This document shows positions 20,062 through 33,462 of a stretch of DNA of 64,000 bases, piece after piece; position 1 is the first letter of the stretch; each line of letters starts with the position of its first letter. The stretch lies in assembly GCF_003018235.1 (NCBI RefSeq), contig NZ_CP027437.1. The stretch is one strand, 5' to 3'. Source of the DNA: Escherichia coli (GTDB taxonomy: Bacteria > Pseudomonadota > Gammaproteobacteria > Enterobacterales > Enterobacteriaceae). A program made the translations under genes and the position numbers. Below the pieces are notes generated by a model. That model was not told the origin of the DNA and did not search any database. It was given only the letters and a program-made list of their open reading frames with translations.

Positions 20062-20832
20062 ATGAATAACGATGTTTTCCCGAATAAATTCAAAGCCGCA
20101 CTGGCTGCGAAACAGGTACAAATTGGTTGCTGGTCAGCACTCTCTAACCCGATTAGCACTGAAGTTCTTGGTTTGGCTGGGTTTGACTGGCTGGTGCTGG
20201 ATGGCGAACATGCGCCAAACGATATCTCCACGTTTATTCCGCAGTTAATGGCCCTGAAAGGCAGCGCCAGCGCGCCAGTAGTGCGAGTGCCGACCAACGA
20301 GCCGGTAATTATTAAGCGTCTTCTGGATATCGGTTTCTATAACTTCCTGATTCCTTTTGTAGAAACAAAAGAGGAAGCAGAGCAGGCGGTGGCATCAACC
20401 CGTTATCCACCGGAAGGCATTCGCGGCGTCTCCGTTTCTCACCGCGCCAATATGTTTGGCACCGTGGCGGATTATTTCGCTCAGTCGAACAAGAACATCA
20501 CCATTCTGGTCCAGATAGAAAGTCAGCAGGGCGTAGATAACGTCGATGCCATTGCCGCTACCGAAGGCGTAGACGGTATCTTCGTCGGCCCCAGCGATCT
20601 GGCTGCGGCATTAGGCCATCTCGGCAATGCCTCGCACCCGGATGTACAAAAAGCAATTCAGCATATTTTTAACCGTGCCAGTGCGCACGGCAAACCCAGC
20701 GGTATCCTCGCACCGGTCGAAGCCGATGCGCGTCGTTATCTGGAATGGGGTGCGACGTTTGTGGCTGTCGGCAGCGATCTCGGCGTCTTCCGCTCTGCCA
20801 CTCAGAAACTGGCTGATACCTTTAAAAAATAA
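20062..20832 (+). CDS. garL: 5-keto-4-deoxy-D-glucarate (2-dehydro-3-deoxygalactarate) aldolase GarL
   Basis: 256-aa HpcH/HpaI aldolase family ORF. Confidence 0.9.
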
Positions 20833-20861
20833 CCACCACCGCAACAAGAGAGATGATTGAT

Positions 20862-21752
20862 ATGACTATGAAAGTTGGTTTTATTGGCCTGGGGATTATG
20901 GGTAAACCAATGAGTAAAAACCTTCTGAAAGCAGGTTACTCGCTGGTGGTTGCTGACCGTAACCCAGAAGCTATTGCTGACGTGATTGCTGCAGGTGCAG
21001 AAACAGCCTCTACGGCTAAAGCGATCGCTGAACAGTGCGACGTCATCATAACCATGCTGCCAAACTCCCCTCATGTGAAAGAGGTGGCGCTGGGTGAGAA
21101 TGGCATTATTGAAGGCGCGAAGCCAGGTACGGTATTGATCGATATGAGTTCTATCGCACCGCTGGCAAGCCGTGAAATCAGCGAAGCTCTGAAAGCGAAA
21201 GGCATTGATATGCTGGACGCCCCGGTGAGCGGCGGTGAACCGAAAGCCATCGACGGTACGCTGTCAGTGATGGTGGGCGGCGACAAGGCTATTTTCGACA
21301 AATACTATGATTTGATGAAAGCGATGGCGGGTTCCGTGGTGCATACCGGGGAAATTGGTGCAGGTAACGTCACCAAACTGGCGAATCAGGTCATTGTGGC
21401 GCTGAATATTGCCGCGATGTCAGAAGCGTTAACGCTGGCAACTAAAGCGGGCGTTAACCCGGACCTGGTTTATCAGGCAATTCGCGGTGGGCTGGCGGGC
21501 AGTACCGTGCTGGATGCCAAAGCGCCGATGGTGATGGACCGCAACTTCAAGCCGGGCTTCCGCATTGATCTGCATATTAAGGATCTGGCGAATGCGCTGG
21601 ATACTTCTCACGGCGTCGGCGCGCAACTGCCGCTCACAGCTGCGGTTATGGAGATGATGCAGGCACTGCGTGCAGATGGTTTAGGAACGGCGGATCATAG
21701 CGCCCTGGCTTGCTACTACGAAAAACTGGCGAAAGTCGAAGTTACTCGCTAA
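20862..21752 (+). CDS. garR: Tartronate semialdehyde reductase GarR
   Basis: NAD-binding GxGxxG (GFIGLGIMG); three in-frame ATGs (20853, 20862, 20868), 20862 chosen. Confidence 0.85.
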   Translation: MTMKVGFIGLGIMGKPMSKNLLKAGYSLVVADRNPEAIADVIAAGAETASTAKAIAEQCDVIITMLPNSPHVKEVALGENGIIEGAKPGTVLIDMSSIAPLASREISEALKAKGIDMLDAPVSGGEPKAIDGTLSVMVGGDKAIFDKYYDLMKAMAGSVVHTGEIGAGNVTKLANQVIVALNIAAMSEALTLATKAGVNPDLVYQAIRGGLAGSTVLDAKAPMVMDRNFKPGFRIDLHIKDLANALDTSHGVGAQLPLTAAVMEMMQALRADGLGTADHSALACYYEKLAKVEVTR

Positions 21753-21848
21753 TGACGTCGTGCCCGGATGGCGTATTGCAATCCGGGCCTGGAATCCAGG
21801 CCGAATAAGAGAAACGCCCTCCGGCGTCATGTGGTAACAGGCATAGGT

Positions 21849-22994
21849 ATGAAAATCGTAATCGCCCCAGACTCTTATAAAGAAAGTTTATCTGCCAGCG
21901 AGGTTGCGCAGGCGATAGAAAAAGGATTTCGGGAAATTTTTCCTGATGCACAGTACGTTTCTGTTCCGGTTGCCGACGGTGGCGAAGGAACGGTGGAAGC
22001 GATGATTGCAGCCACCCAGGGTTCCGAACGTCACGCCTGGGTTACAGGGCCGCTGGGCGAGAAAGTGGATGCCAGTTGGGGGATCTCCGGCGATGGCAAA
22101 ACCGCGTTTATTGAAATGGCGGCGGCCAGTGGGCTGGAGCTGGTACCTGCGGAAAAACGCGATCCACTCGTGACCACTTCACGCGGCACAGGCGAGTTAA
22201 TCCTGCAGGCGCTGGAGAGCGGTGCAACAAACATTATTATCGGCATTGGCGGCAGCGCTACAAATGATGGCGGCGCAGGCATGGTACAGGCGCTGGGGGC
22301 GAAATTATGCGACGCCAACGGCAATGAAATTGGTTTTGGCGGCGGTAGTCTTAATACTCTGAATGATATTGATATTTCCGGCCTCGATCCGCGCTTAAAA
22401 GATTGCGTCATTCGCGTCGCTTGTGATGTCACCAATCCGCTGGTGGGTGATAACGGCGCATCGCGCATCTTTGGCCCACAAAAGGGAGCCAGTGAAGCGA
22501 TGATTGTCGAGCTGGACAATAACCTCTCTCACTATGCCGATGTCATTAAAAAAGCGCTGCATGTTGATGTGAAAGATGTCCCCGGCGCAGGAGCTGCGGG
22601 CGGTATGGGCGCGGCGCTGATGGCGTTTCTTGGTGCAGAACTGAAAAGTGGTATTGAAATAGTCACTACGGCGCTGAATCTGGAGGAACATATTCACGAT
22701 TGTACGCTGGTGATCACCGGTGAAGGGCGTATTGACAGCCAGAGTATTCACGGCAAGGTTCCGATTGGCGTCGCAAACGTGGCGAAAAAGTACCATAAAC
22801 CGGTGATTGGCATTGCGGGTAGCCTGACCAATGATGTTGGCGTTGTACATCAGCATGGCATTGATGCGGTCTTCAGCGTATTGACCAGCATTGGTACGTT
22901 GGACGAAGCATTCCGCGGGGCTTATGACAATATTTACCGTGCTTCACGTAATATCGCCGCGACACTGGCGATTGGAATGCGCAACGCGGGGTGA
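21849..22994 (+). CDS. garK: Glycerate 2-kinase GarK
   Basis: Start at MKIVIAPDSYKESLSA (381 aa); track ORF has a 27-codon upstream extension. Confidence 0.85.
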   Translation: MKIVIAPDSYKESLSASEVAQAIEKGFREIFPDAQYVSVPVADGGEGTVEAMIAATQGSERHAWVTGPLGEKVDASWGISGDGKTAFIEMAAASGLELVPAEKRDPLVTTSRGTGELILQALESGATNIIIGIGGSATNDGGAGMVQALGAKLCDANGNEIGFGGGSLNTLNDIDISGLDPRLKDCVIRVACDVTNPLVGDNGASRIFGPQKGASEAMIVELDNNLSHYADVIKKALHVDVKDVPGAGAAGGMGAALMAFLGAELKSGIEIVTTALNLEEHIHDCTLVITGEGRIDSQSIHGKVPIGVANVAKKYHKPVIGIAGSLTNDVGVVHQHGIDAVFSVLTSIGTLDEAFRGAYDNIYRASRNIAATLAIGMRNAG

Positions 22995-23018
22995 CAAGGG
23001 CGCGCAAACCCTCTATAC
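22990..23018 (+). promoter_or_regulatory. rnpB promoter
   Basis: -35 GTGACA (22990-22995), 17-bp spacer, -10 TATACT (23013-23018), 7 nt upstream of RNA 5' end. Confidence 0.6.
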
Positions 23019-23025
23019 TGCGCGC

Positions 23026-23402
<377 letters not shown>

Positions 23403-23412
23403 TGTTTTACGT

Positions 23413-23440
23413 AAAAACCCGCTTCGGCGGGTTTTTGCTT
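23413..23440 (+). terminator. Rho-independent terminator of rnpB
   Basis: AAAAACCCGC-ttcg-GCGGGTTTTT hairpin followed by T-rich tract. Confidence 0.6.
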
Positions 23441-23509
23441 TTGGTGCACAGGGTAAGATGAATAAATATCTACGGTATTAATAATAGACTTTGTAAGAAG
23501 TTATTAAGT

Positions 23510-24697
23510 CTATATTGCATTTAAAAGGTCGTAATTATACGTATAGTCCTCTCTGGTAAAATATTGATTCTCTGAGTTATAAGCTTCATATGTATTATAT
23601 TTTACGACTTCAAAGCAATTGTCTGAAGAATTTTCGTCTTTCTCGAGTGTATTATCTGGAAGGAATTCCTCTGAGCTAGAGTCCTCTATGTTTAAATCTG
23701 TATTGTAATTAATTTTTGGATCGATTAGATAAGCATTTCCTTTGACGCTTTCATAATCTTTAATGATTATATCGATGTAATAATCTATTTTTTCTGATGA
23801 GAATGCTTTCATCTCTGGTAATCTAATTCTGTTCAAGTAATTGTTAATTTTCGATGAGCTTTTATATATTTCTTTTGTTAATTCATTTTCTAATTCATCT
23901 GTTAGAGTTGCTCTTGGTATAGATTCTATAATTGCAAGTCTCATAATTTTTAATTGTTCTTCGGTAATATCCCCAAGCGCATTTAAACAACTTTCGACAA
24001 GCTTAATTTTTTCTTCAGAATACATATCGCTAATGCTTGTTATAACAGGCGTTATTTTTAGTAAATAATCCCAGGAGATTGTGGCGTTTTGTGTTGAACT
24101 AACGAAATTTACCTGAAACATGTTGGCATTAGTAAAATCTGTGTCATCCAATTTAAAAGGATTTAAAATTGTATTGGCCATATGTTTATCTGTAAAATCA
24201 TAAAGTTCTAAATCGACATTCCGTAAGTCCAGAGAGGATAGATCAACTATACCTCCAGTCCCACAACTAAAGATTACGTTCAACCTCCTGATTTCATTGT
24301 AAATGTCTTTCAATGGGCAATTAACATTGATATTGCCTGTGGATATTTCCTGGTTTTTTAACGGTTCATTAATGGTAAGTTCACAGGTATTGTCTGATCG
24401 TTGAATAATTCGGGCGTTATAACCTAAAAAATCCAGACGAAGAGACGAGTCATTATAAAGAATTACATTTTGTAAGTACGCTAATTCTTTTTGAAAATCA
24501 CCAGTGATAATGCATTTCCCACCTGGTTGTAACGCGTTAAGTAAAGTGACCATTTGAACAGAGGTCTGTTTTAGTTTTTCTATGCCTGGTGCTAGTGCTT
24601 CGAGGTTATTTCCTATGGGGCTTTCAGGAAGATCATTCATTTTTCGACGGGCTAAATCACAACTAATATCATTACCAATTGATGAAACAGGGGACAT
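23510..24697 (-). CDS. yhaC: Pentapeptide-repeat-like protein YhaC
   Basis: 395-aa ORF in strongly AT-rich DNA; matches recalled YhaC position and length. Confidence 0.8.
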   Translation of the reverse strand: MSPVSSIGNDISCDLARRKMNDLPESPIGNNLEALAPGIEKLKQTSVQMVTLLNALQPGGKCIITGDFQKELAYLQNVILYNDSSLRLDFLGYNARIIQRSDNTCELTINEPLKNQEISTGNINVNCPLKDIYNEIRRLNVIFSCGTGGIVDLSSLDLRNVDLELYDFTDKHMANTILNPFKLDDTDFTNANMFQVNFVSSTQNATISWDYLLKITPVITSISDMYSEEKIKLVESCLNALGDITEEQLKIMRLAIIESIPRATLTDELENELTKEIYKSSSKINNYLNRIRLPEMKAFSSEKIDYYIDIIIKDYESVKGNAYLIDPKINYNTDLNIEDSSSEEFLPDNTLEKDENSSDNCFEVVKYNTYEAYNSENQYFTREDYTYNYDLLNAI

Positions 24698-24718
24698 TAT
24701 TTTATCCTTTATAAATAA

Positions 24719-25288
24719 TCAATAAAAATCATTATTAAAATGATCGGGTGAAAAAAAGAGAATTTGCCAACAATCTGAAGGAATGGCTGTTTTATTAAAG
24801 TACGTAGGGGGGGTTAAGATGGCTTCTTTTCGGGTGAATTTTGCACAATACTTAGAAATCGTCTCCTTAATATATTCCAGCTCTTTTTTATTGACGACTG
24901 AGCAAGTACATTGTTCACCAAAAGGTGCAAAAGTGCCTACATCTAATGTTTGTATGATGTAATCGTCATGTTCTCCTGTAGAAATATCTATGATGAATGG
25001 ACTCATATTTTCCGGTTGGATTCGGATCATGACAGAAGGAATATCGCCTTGATAGAAATTCAATGCAGTAATTGCAGATAATACTCTCCGCAGTTCATTA
25101 CTTATACTGTAAATTTTATTAACGTCATTGGTGGAGACAATTTCTGCAAACTTTCTTTTTACCGTCCAATAATCAATATTTCTATTGTGATTGTTAACCA
25201 CTGCGTGCATTGGCGGGATTGAAGGGTGAAAAATATGTGCAATTGGGAAGCCTTTCATTGATGCCTGCCTTGTCATCATGACAAACAA
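24719..25288 (-). CDS. yhaB: Uncharacterized protein YhaB
   Basis: 189-aa ORF (possible start a few codons downstream), 21 nt upstream of yhaC, AT-rich. Confidence 0.7.
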   Translation of the reverse strand: MFVMMTRQASMKGFPIAHIFHPSIPPMHAVVNNHNRNIDYWTVKRKFAEIVSTNDVNKIYSISNELRRVLSAITALNFYQGDIPSVMIRIQPENMSPFIIDISTGEHDDYIIQTLDVGTFAPFGEQCTCSVVNKKELEYIKETISKYCAKFTRKEAILTPPTYFNKTAIPSDCWQILFFSPDHFNNDFY

Positions 25289-25513
25289 TAATAGATGCTT
25301 ATTTTCCTCGCAGGGTTCTTTCGCACTATCAAAAAACGCTCATTTACCCGGCGTTACAGTAAACGAAGCAACATTCTGTGGCCTACGCCGATCAAAAGCT
25401 CTGTGAAAATTTCCCTTGTTGTCTTTGTCTGACCTTATCGCGGCGACCAGCAATTATTCGTTTTGTGATCCTCAACACAAAATGCTATTCGTCACCTATG
25501 AGGGGAGAAGAAT

Positions 25514-25858
25514 TTATGGAAAACGATTGCATTCACAAAATGACGTCCTGTCAGAAGAGAAAAAGTTGACGTTAATCAATTGTTCGAGATGATCAATATT
25601 TGTATTCGAAATTTTAAAATATTGATAAAATAAATGTTTGTTCTCCAACAAATAGCGTGAAAAAATGTGACGTGCCGCATTATTTATCGCTGAAAATGAT
25701 TTATTTATAATAAAATTTGAGAACTTGCTCATTAAATTTAACTCAAAATTTGCCTGGTAATTATCCGGTAATTGCTTGAAATATGGTCTCAGCCCCTTTT
25801 TTGTATTAACCACATAACGAATGATGTTATCGCCATAAAATATGGTTATCCCCGTCAT
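25514..25858 (-). CDS. tdcR: Putative tdc operon activator TdcR
   Basis: Small ORF divergent from tdcA at the position of tdcR; start placed at MTGITIFYG; AT-rich; true length uncertain. Confidence 0.5.
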   Translation of the reverse strand: MTGITIFYGDNIIRYVVNTKKGLRPYFKQLPDNYQANFELNLMSKFSNFIINKSFSAINNAARHIFSRYLLENKHLFYQYFKISNTNIDHLEQLINVNFFSSDRTSFCECNRFP

Positions 25859-25967
25859 TTTTTTTGACAAAAATCAGGGTTTATGCTGATTTTTATACTT
25901 TAACTTATTGATATATAAAGATATTTAATTGGAATAACGATACCATGGAAAGTATTGAAAGTTAATT

Positions 25968-25983
25968 TGTGAGTGGTCGCACA
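25968..25983. promoter_or_regulatory. CRP binding site in tdc promoter
   Basis: TGTGAgtggtcGCACA (TGTGA-N6-TCACA-like), about 65 nt upstream of tdcA. Confidence 0.55.
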
Positions 25984-26046
25984 TATCCTGTTCATTTCAT
26001 TTTGATACACTTCATGCCGTCAATGAGGTAATTAACGTAGGTCGTT

Positions 26047-26985
26047 ATGAGCACTATTCTTCTTCCGAAAACGCAGCACCTGGTAGTCTTTCAGGAAGTC
26101 ATTAGAAGTGGCTCTATCGGCTCGGCTGCAAAAGAATTAGGGTTAACTCAACCGGCCGTCAGTAAAATCATTAACGATATTGAAGATTATTTTGGCGTGG
26201 AATTAGTGGTGCGGAAAAATACCGGTGTAACATTAACACCTGCCGGTCAATTGTTACTCTCCCGTTCCGAATCCATTACCCGTGAAATGAAAAATATGGT
26301 TAATGAGATAAGCGGTATGTCTTCTGAGGCGGTGGTGGAAGTCTCATTTGGTTTTCCTTCATTGATTGGTTTTACTTTTATGTCCGGGATGATCAACAAG
26401 TTCAAAGAGGTGTTCCCGAAAGCGCAGGTTTCTATGTATGAAGCGCAACTGTCTTCGTTCTTACCGGCAATCCGCGACGGTCGACTGGATTTTGCGATTG
26501 GTACGTTAAGCGCAGAAATGAAGCTTCAGGATTTACATGTTGAGCCGCTGTTCGAGTCCGAGTTTGTGCTGGTAGCCAGTAAGTCCCGAACATGCACCGG
26601 CACCACCACGCTGGAGTCGTTGAAGAACGAACAGTGGGTGTTGCCACAAACCAATATGGGGTACTACAGCGAGCTGCTCACCACGTTACAAAGAAATGGC
26701 ATCAGTATTGAAAACATCGTTAAAACCGACTCAGTCGTGACAATTTATAATCTTGTTCTCAATGCTGATTTCTTAACTGTAATTCCTTGTGATATGACAT
26801 CACCTTTTGGTTCTAATCAATTTATTACTATTCCGGTTGAAGAAACATTACCTGTGGCACAATATGCCGCGGTATGGTCGAAAAATTATCGTATTAAAAA
26901 AGCAGCATCGGTTTTGGTGGAATTAGCCAAAGAGTATTCATCTTATAATGGGTGTAGACGAAGGCAATTAATTGAAGTTGGTTAG
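26047..26985 (+). CDS. tdcA: LysR-family activator of the tdc operon TdcA
   Basis: 312-aa ORF with LysR HTH (AAKELGLTQPAVSKIINDIE). Confidence 0.9.
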   Translation: MSTILLPKTQHLVVFQEVIRSGSIGSAAKELGLTQPAVSKIINDIEDYFGVELVVRKNTGVTLTPAGQLLLSRSESITREMKNMVNEISGMSSEAVVEVSFGFPSLIGFTFMSGMINKFKEVFPKAQVSMYEAQLSSFLPAIRDGRLDFAIGTLSAEMKLQDLHVEPLFESEFVLVASKSRTCTGTTTLESLKNEQWVLPQTNMGYYSELLTTLQRNGISIENIVKTDSVVTIYNLVLNADFLTVIPCDMTSPFGSNQFITIPVEETLPVAQYAAVWSKNYRIKKAASVLVELAKEYSSYNGCRRRQLIEVG

Positions 26986-27083
26986 TTATTTGTTTTTATT
27001 TAAACATAAATAATCCACCTGTCTGTTTTGCAGGTGTCGGTTACGGTTACCTACATATTTAATTCAGGCTAAGAGGTTTTATA

Positions 27084-28073
27084 ATGCATATTACATACGA
27101 TCTCCCGGTTGCTATTGATGACATCATTGAAGCAAAACAACGACTGGCTGGGCGAATTTATAAAACAGGCATGCCTCGCTCCAACTATTTTAGTGAACGT
27201 TGCAAAGGTGAAATATTCCTCAAATTCGAAAACATGCAGCGTACCGGTTCATTTAAAATTCGTGGCGCATTTAATAAATTAAGTTCACTGACCGATGCGG
27301 AAAAACGTAAAGGTGTAGTGGCCTGTTCTGCGGGCAACCATGCGCAAGGGGTTTCCCTCTCCTGCGCGATGCTGGGCATCGACGGTAAAGTGGTGATGCC
27401 AAAAGGCGCGCCGAAATCCAAAGTAGCGGCAACGTGCGACTACTCTGCAGAAGTCGTTCTGCATGGTGATAACTTCAACGACACTATCGCTAAAGTGAGC
27501 GAAATTGTCGAAATGGAAGGCCGTATTTTTATCCCACCTTATGATGATCCGAAAGTGATTGCTGGCCAGGGAACGATTGGTCTGGAAATTATGGAAGATC
27601 TCTATGATGTCGATAATGTGATTGTGCCAATTGGTGGTGGCGGTTTAATTGCTGGTATTGCGGTGGCAATAAAATCTATTAACCCGACCATTCGTGTTAT
27701 TGGCGTACAGTCAGAAAACGTTCACGGCATGGCGGCTTCTTTCCACTCCGGAGAAATAACCACGCACCGAACTACCGGCACCCTGGCGGATGGTTGTGAT
27801 GTCTCCCGCCCGGGTAATTTAACTTACGAAATCGTTCGTGAATTAGTCGATGACATCGTGCTGGTCAGCGAAGACGAAATCAGAAACAGTATGATTGCCT
27901 TAATTCAGCGCAATAAAGTCGTCACCGAAGGCGCAGGCGCTCTGGCATGTGCTGCATTATTAAGCGGTAAATTAGACCAATATATTCAAAACAGAAAAAC
28001 CGTCAGTATTATTTCCGGCGGCAATATCGATCTTTCTCGCGTCTCTCAAATCACCGGTTTCGTTGACGCTTAA
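27084..28073 (+). CDS. tdcB: Catabolic threonine dehydratase TdcB (PLP-dependent)
   Basis: 329-aa ORF; PLP lysine motif context [15 protein letters not shown]. Confidence 0.9.
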
Positions 28074-28091
28074 TTAATTCGTTGAGGATAG

Positions 28092-29426
<1,335 letters not shown>

Positions 29427-29451
29427 TCCGTAACTCAGGATGAGAAAAGAG

Positions 29452-30660
29452 ATGAATGAATTTCCGGTTGTTTTGGTTATTAACTGTGGTTCGTCTTCAA
29501 TTAAGTTTTCCGTACTCGATGCCAGCGACTGTGAAGTATTAATGTCAGGTATTGCCGACGGTATTAACTCGGAAAATGCATTCTTATCCGTAAATGGGGG
29601 AGAGCCAGCACCGCTGGCTCACCACAGCTACGAAGGTGCATTGAAGGCAATTGCATTTGAACTGGAAAAACGGAATTTAAATGACAGTGTGGCCTTAATT
29701 GGCCACCGCATCGCTCACGGCGGCAGTATTTTTACCGAGTCCGCCATTATTACCGATGAAGTCATTGATAATATCCGTCGCGTTTCTCCACTGGCACCCC
29801 TGCATAATTACGCCAATTTAAGTGGTATTGAATCGGCGCAGCAATTATTTCCGGGCGTAACTCAGGTGGCGGTATTTGATACCAGTTTCCACCAGACGAT
29901 GGCACCGGAGGCTTATTTATACGGCCTGCCGTGGAAATATTATGAAGAGTTAGGTGTACGCCGTTATGGTTTCCACGGCACGTCGCACCGCTACGTTTCC
30001 CAGCGCGCGCATTCTTTGCTGAATCTGGCGGAAGATGACTCCGGCCTGGTCGTGGCGCATCTTGGCAATGGCGCGTCAATCTGCGCAGTTCGCAACGGTC
30101 AGAGTGTTGACACTTCAATGGGAATGACGCCGCTGGAAGGCTTGATGATGGGGACCCGCAGTGGTGATGTCGACTTCGGGGCGATGTCCTGGGTCGCCAG
30201 CCAAACCAACCAGAGCCTGGGTGACCTGGAGCGCGTAGTGAATAAAGAGTCGGGATTATTAGGCATTTCCGGTCTTTCTTCGGATTTACGTGTTCTGGAA
30301 AAAGCCCGGCATGAAGGTCACGAACGCGCGCAACTGGCAATTAAAACCTTTGTTCACCGAATTGCCCGTCATATTGCCGGACACGCAGCCTCATTACGTC
30401 GCCTGGATGGAATTATATTCACCGGCGGAATAGGAGAAAATTCAAGTTTAATTCGTCGTCTGGTCATGGAACATTTGGCTGTATTAGGCGTAGAGATTGA
30501 TACAGAAATGAATAATCGCTCTAACTCCTGTGGAGAGCGAATTGTTTCCAGTGAAAATGCGCGTGTCATTTGCGCCGTTATCCCAACCAACGAAGAAAAA
30601 ATGATTGCTTTGGATGCCATTCATTTAGGCAAAGTGAACGCGCCCGCAGAATTTGCATAA
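29452..30660 (+). CDS. tdcD: Propionate/acetate kinase TdcD
   Basis: Start at [19 protein letters not shown] (402 aa); acetate-kinase family. Confidence 0.85.
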   Translation: MNEFPVVLVINCGSSSIKFSVLDASDCEVLMSGIADGINSENAFLSVNGGEPAPLAHHSYEGALKAIAFELEKRNLNDSVALIGHRIAHGGSIFTESAIITDEVIDNIRRVSPLAPLHNYANLSGIESAQQLFPGVTQVAVFDTSFHQTMAPEAYLYGLPWKYYEELGVRRYGFHGTSHRYVSQRAHSLLNLAEDDSGLVVAHLGNGASICAVRNGQSVDTSMGMTPLEGLMMGTRSGDVDFGAMSWVASQTNQSLGDLERVVNKESGLLGISGLSSDLRVLEKARHEGHERAQLAIKTFVHRIARHIAGHAASLRRLDGIIFTGGIGENSSLIRRLVMEHLAVLGVEIDTEMNNRSNSCGERIVSSENARVICAVIPTNEEKMIALDAIHLGKVNAPAEFA

Positions 30661-30693
30661 TTTAGTTGAAGTATTGTAGAGAGATTATTTTTC

Positions 30694-32988
30694 ATGAAGG
30701 TAGATATTGATACCAGCGATAAGCTGTACGCCGACGCATGGCTTGGCTTTAAAGGTACGGACTGGAAAAACGAAATTAATGTCCGCGATTTTATTCAACA
30801 TAACTATACACCGTATGAAGGTGATGAATCTTTTCTCGCCGAAGCGACGCCAGCCACCACGGAATTGTGGGAAAAAGTGATGGAAGGCATTCGTATCGAA
30901 AACGCAACCCACGCGCCGGTTGATTTCGATACTAATATTGCTACCACCATTACCGCTCATGATGCGGGATATATTAACCAGCCGCTGGAAAAAATAGTGG
31001 GCCTGCAAACGGATGCGCCATTAAAGCGTGCGCTGCATCCGTTCGGTGGCATTAATATGATTAAAAGTTCATTCCACGCCTATGGCCGTGAAATGGACAG
31101 TGAATTTGAATATCTGTTTACCGATCTGCGTAAAACCCATAATCAGGGCGTATTTGATGTTTACTCACCAGATATGCTGCGCTGCCGTAAATCGGGTGTA
31201 CTGACTGGTTTGCCAGATGGTTATGGCCGTGGGCGCATTATCGGTGACTACCGCCGCGTGGCGCTGTATGGCATCAGTTATCTGGTGCGTGAACGCGAAC
31301 TGCAATTTGCCGATCTCCAGTCCCGTCTGGAAAAAGGCGAGGATCTGGAAGCCACCATCCGTCTGCGTGAGGAGCTGGCAGAGCATCGTCATGCGCTGTT
31401 GCAGATTCAGGAAATGGCGGCGAAATATGGCTTTGATATCTCTCGCCCGGCGCAGAATGCGCAGGAAGCGGTGCAGTGGCTCTACTTCGCTTACCTGGCG
31501 GCAGTGAAATCGCAAAATGGCGGCGCGATGTCGCTGGGTCGCACGGCATCGTTCCTCGATATCTACATTGAGCGCGACTTTAAAGCTGGCGTACTCAATG
31601 AGCAGCAGGCACAGGAACTGATCGATCACTTCATTATGAAGATCCGTATGGTGCGCTTCTTGCGTACGCCGGAATTTGATTCGCTGTTCTCCGGCGACCC
31701 AATCTGGGCGACGGAAGTGATCGGCGGGATGGGGCTGGACGGTCGTACGCTGGTGACCAAAAACTCCTTCCGCTATTTGCACACCCTGCACACTATGGGG
31801 CCTGCACCGGAACCTAACCTGACCATTCTTTGGTCGGAAGAATTACCGATTGCCTTCAAAAAATATGCCGCGCAGGTGTCGATCGTCACCTCTTCCTTGC
31901 AGTATGAAAACGACGATCTGATGCGTACTGACTTCAACAGCGACGATTACGCGATTGCCTGCTGCGTCAGCCCAATGGTGATTGGTAAGCAAATGCAGTT
32001 CTTTGGTGCACGCGCTAACCTGGCGAAAACACTGCTGTACGCAATTAACGGCGGGGTGGACGAGAAGCTGAAGATTCAGGTCGGGCCGAAAACAGCACCG
32101 TTGATGGACGACGTGCTGGATTACGACAAAGTGATGGACAGCCTCGATCACTTCATGGACTGGCTGGCGGTGCAGTACATCAGCGCGCTGAATATCATTC
32201 ACTACATGCACGACAAGTACAGCTACGAAGCTTCGCTGATGGCGCTGCACGATCGTGATGTCTATCGCACTATGGCATGCGGCATCGCGGGCCTGTCGGT
32301 GGCAACAGACTCCCTGTCCGCTATCAAATATGCCCGCGTGAAACCAATCCGTGACGAAAACGGCCTGGCGGTGGATTTCGAAATCGACGGTGAATATCCG
32401 CAGTACGGCAACAACGACGAGCGCGTAGACAGTATTGCCTGCGACCTGGTTGAACGCTTTATGAAGAAAATTAAAGCGCTGCCAACCTATCGCAACGCCG
32501 TCCCTACCCAGTCGATTCTGACTATCACTTCTAACGTGGTGTACGGCCAGAAAACCGGTAACACGCCAGACGGTCGTCGCGCGGGTACACCGTTCGCACC
32601 GGGCGCTAACCCGATGCACGGTCGTGACCGCAAAGGTGCGGTAGCCTCATTGACGTCGGTGGCGAAACTGCCGTTCACCTACGCCAAAGACGGGATCTCG
32701 TACACCTTCTCGATCGTGCCTGCGGCGCTGGGCAAAGAAGATCCAGTACGTAAAACCAACCTTGTCGGCCTGCTGGATGGGTATTTCCACCACGAAGCGG
32801 ATGTCGAAGGCGGTCAACACCTCAACGTCAACGTAATGAATCGGGAAATGCTGCTGGATGCCATCGAGCACCCGGAAAAATATCCTAACCTGACAATCCG
32901 TGTCTCTGGCTACGCCGTGCGCTTCAACGCACTGACCCGTGAACAGCAACAGGATGTTATTTCACGTACTTTTACCCAGGCGCTCTGA
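30694..32988 (+). CDS. tdcE: 2-ketobutyrate/pyruvate formate-lyase TdcE (glycyl radical enzyme)
   Basis: 764-aa ORF; C-terminal glycyl-radical motif RVSGYAVRF. Confidence 0.9.
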   Translation: MKVDIDTSDKLYADAWLGFKGTDWKNEINVRDFIQHNYTPYEGDESFLAEATPATTELWEKVMEGIRIENATHAPVDFDTNIATTITAHDAGYINQPLEKIVGLQTDAPLKRALHPFGGINMIKSSFHAYGREMDSEFEYLFTDLRKTHNQGVFDVYSPDMLRCRKSGVLTGLPDGYGRGRIIGDYRRVALYGISYLVRERELQFADLQSRLEKGEDLEATIRLREELAEHRHALLQIQEMAAKYGFDISRPAQNAQEAVQWLYFAYLAAVKSQNGGAMSLGRTASFLDIYIERDFKAGVLNEQQAQELIDHFIMKIRMVRFLRTPEFDSLFSGDPIWATEVIGGMGLDGRTLVTKNSFRYLHTLHTMGPAPEPNLTILWSEELPIAFKKYAAQVSIVTSSLQYENDDLMRTDFNSDDYAIACCVSPMVIGKQMQFFGARANLAKTLLYAINGGVDEKLKIQVGPKTAPLMDDVLDYDKVMDSLDHFMDWLAVQYISALNIIHYMHDKYSYEASLMALHDRDVYRTMACGIAGLSVATDSLSAIKYARVKPIRDENGLAVDFEIDGEYPQYGNNDERVDSIACDLVERFMKKIKALPTYRNAVPTQSILTITSNVVYGQKTGNTPDGRRAGTPFAPGANPMHGRDRKGAVASLTSVAKLPFTYAKDGISYTFSIVPAALGKEDPVRKTNLVGLLDGYFHHEADVEGGQHLNVNVMNREMLLDAIEHPEKYPNLTIRVSGYAVRFNALTREQQQDVISRTFTQAL

Positions 32989-33001
32989 CGCCGGAGGATG
33001 T

Positions 33002-33391
33002 ATGAAAAAGATTATCGAAACGCAACGTGCCCCAGGCGCAATCGGCCCTTATGTTCAGGGCGTTGATTTAGGCAGCATGGTCTTCACCTCCGGGCAAATT
33101 CCGGTTTGCCCACAGACCGGTGAGATCCCGGCTGATGTGCAAGATCAGGCGCGTTTAAGCCTCGAAAACGTCAAAGCGATCGTGGTTGCTGCCGGGCTGA
33201 GCGTGGGCGATATCATCAAGATGACCGTGTTCATCACCGATCTGAATGATTTTGCCACCATCAATGAAGTCTATAAGCAGTTCTTCGATGAACATCAGGC
33301 GACCTACCCGACCCGGAGCTGTGTACAGGTCGCGCGTTTGCCGAAAGATGTGAAGCTGGAAATTGAAGCCATCGCAGTACGTAGTGCGTAA
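33002..33391 (+). CDS. tdcF: RidA-family enamine/imine deaminase TdcF
   Basis: Start at MKKIIETQRAPGAIGPYVQ (129 aa) with GGAGG RBS; track ORF is N-extended. Confidence 0.9.
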   Translation: MKKIIETQRAPGAIGPYVQGVDLGSMVFTSGQIPVCPQTGEIPADVQDQARLSLENVKAIVVAAGLSVGDIIKMTVFITDLNDFATINEVYKQFFDEHQATYPTRSCVQVARLPKDVKLEIEAIAVRSA

Positions 33392-33462
33392 AGCCTCGTG
33401 AGCGGGACGGTCGCAAGGTCGTTCCGCTCCACTTCACTGAACGGCAATCCGAGGGTGTGGAT

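Noticed and set aside
21768-21848. N-terminal extensions of track ORFs (e.g. garK from 21768, exuT to 47933, uxaC from 48233, tdcF from 32939, agaV to 13438)
   Set aside because: The extensions lack an RBS, overlap upstream genes or intergenic signals, and the shorter starts match recalled E. coli protein N-termini
31843-32619. 258-aa minus-strand ORF
   Set aside because: Antisense within tdcE, which has a clear glycyl-radical enzyme signature
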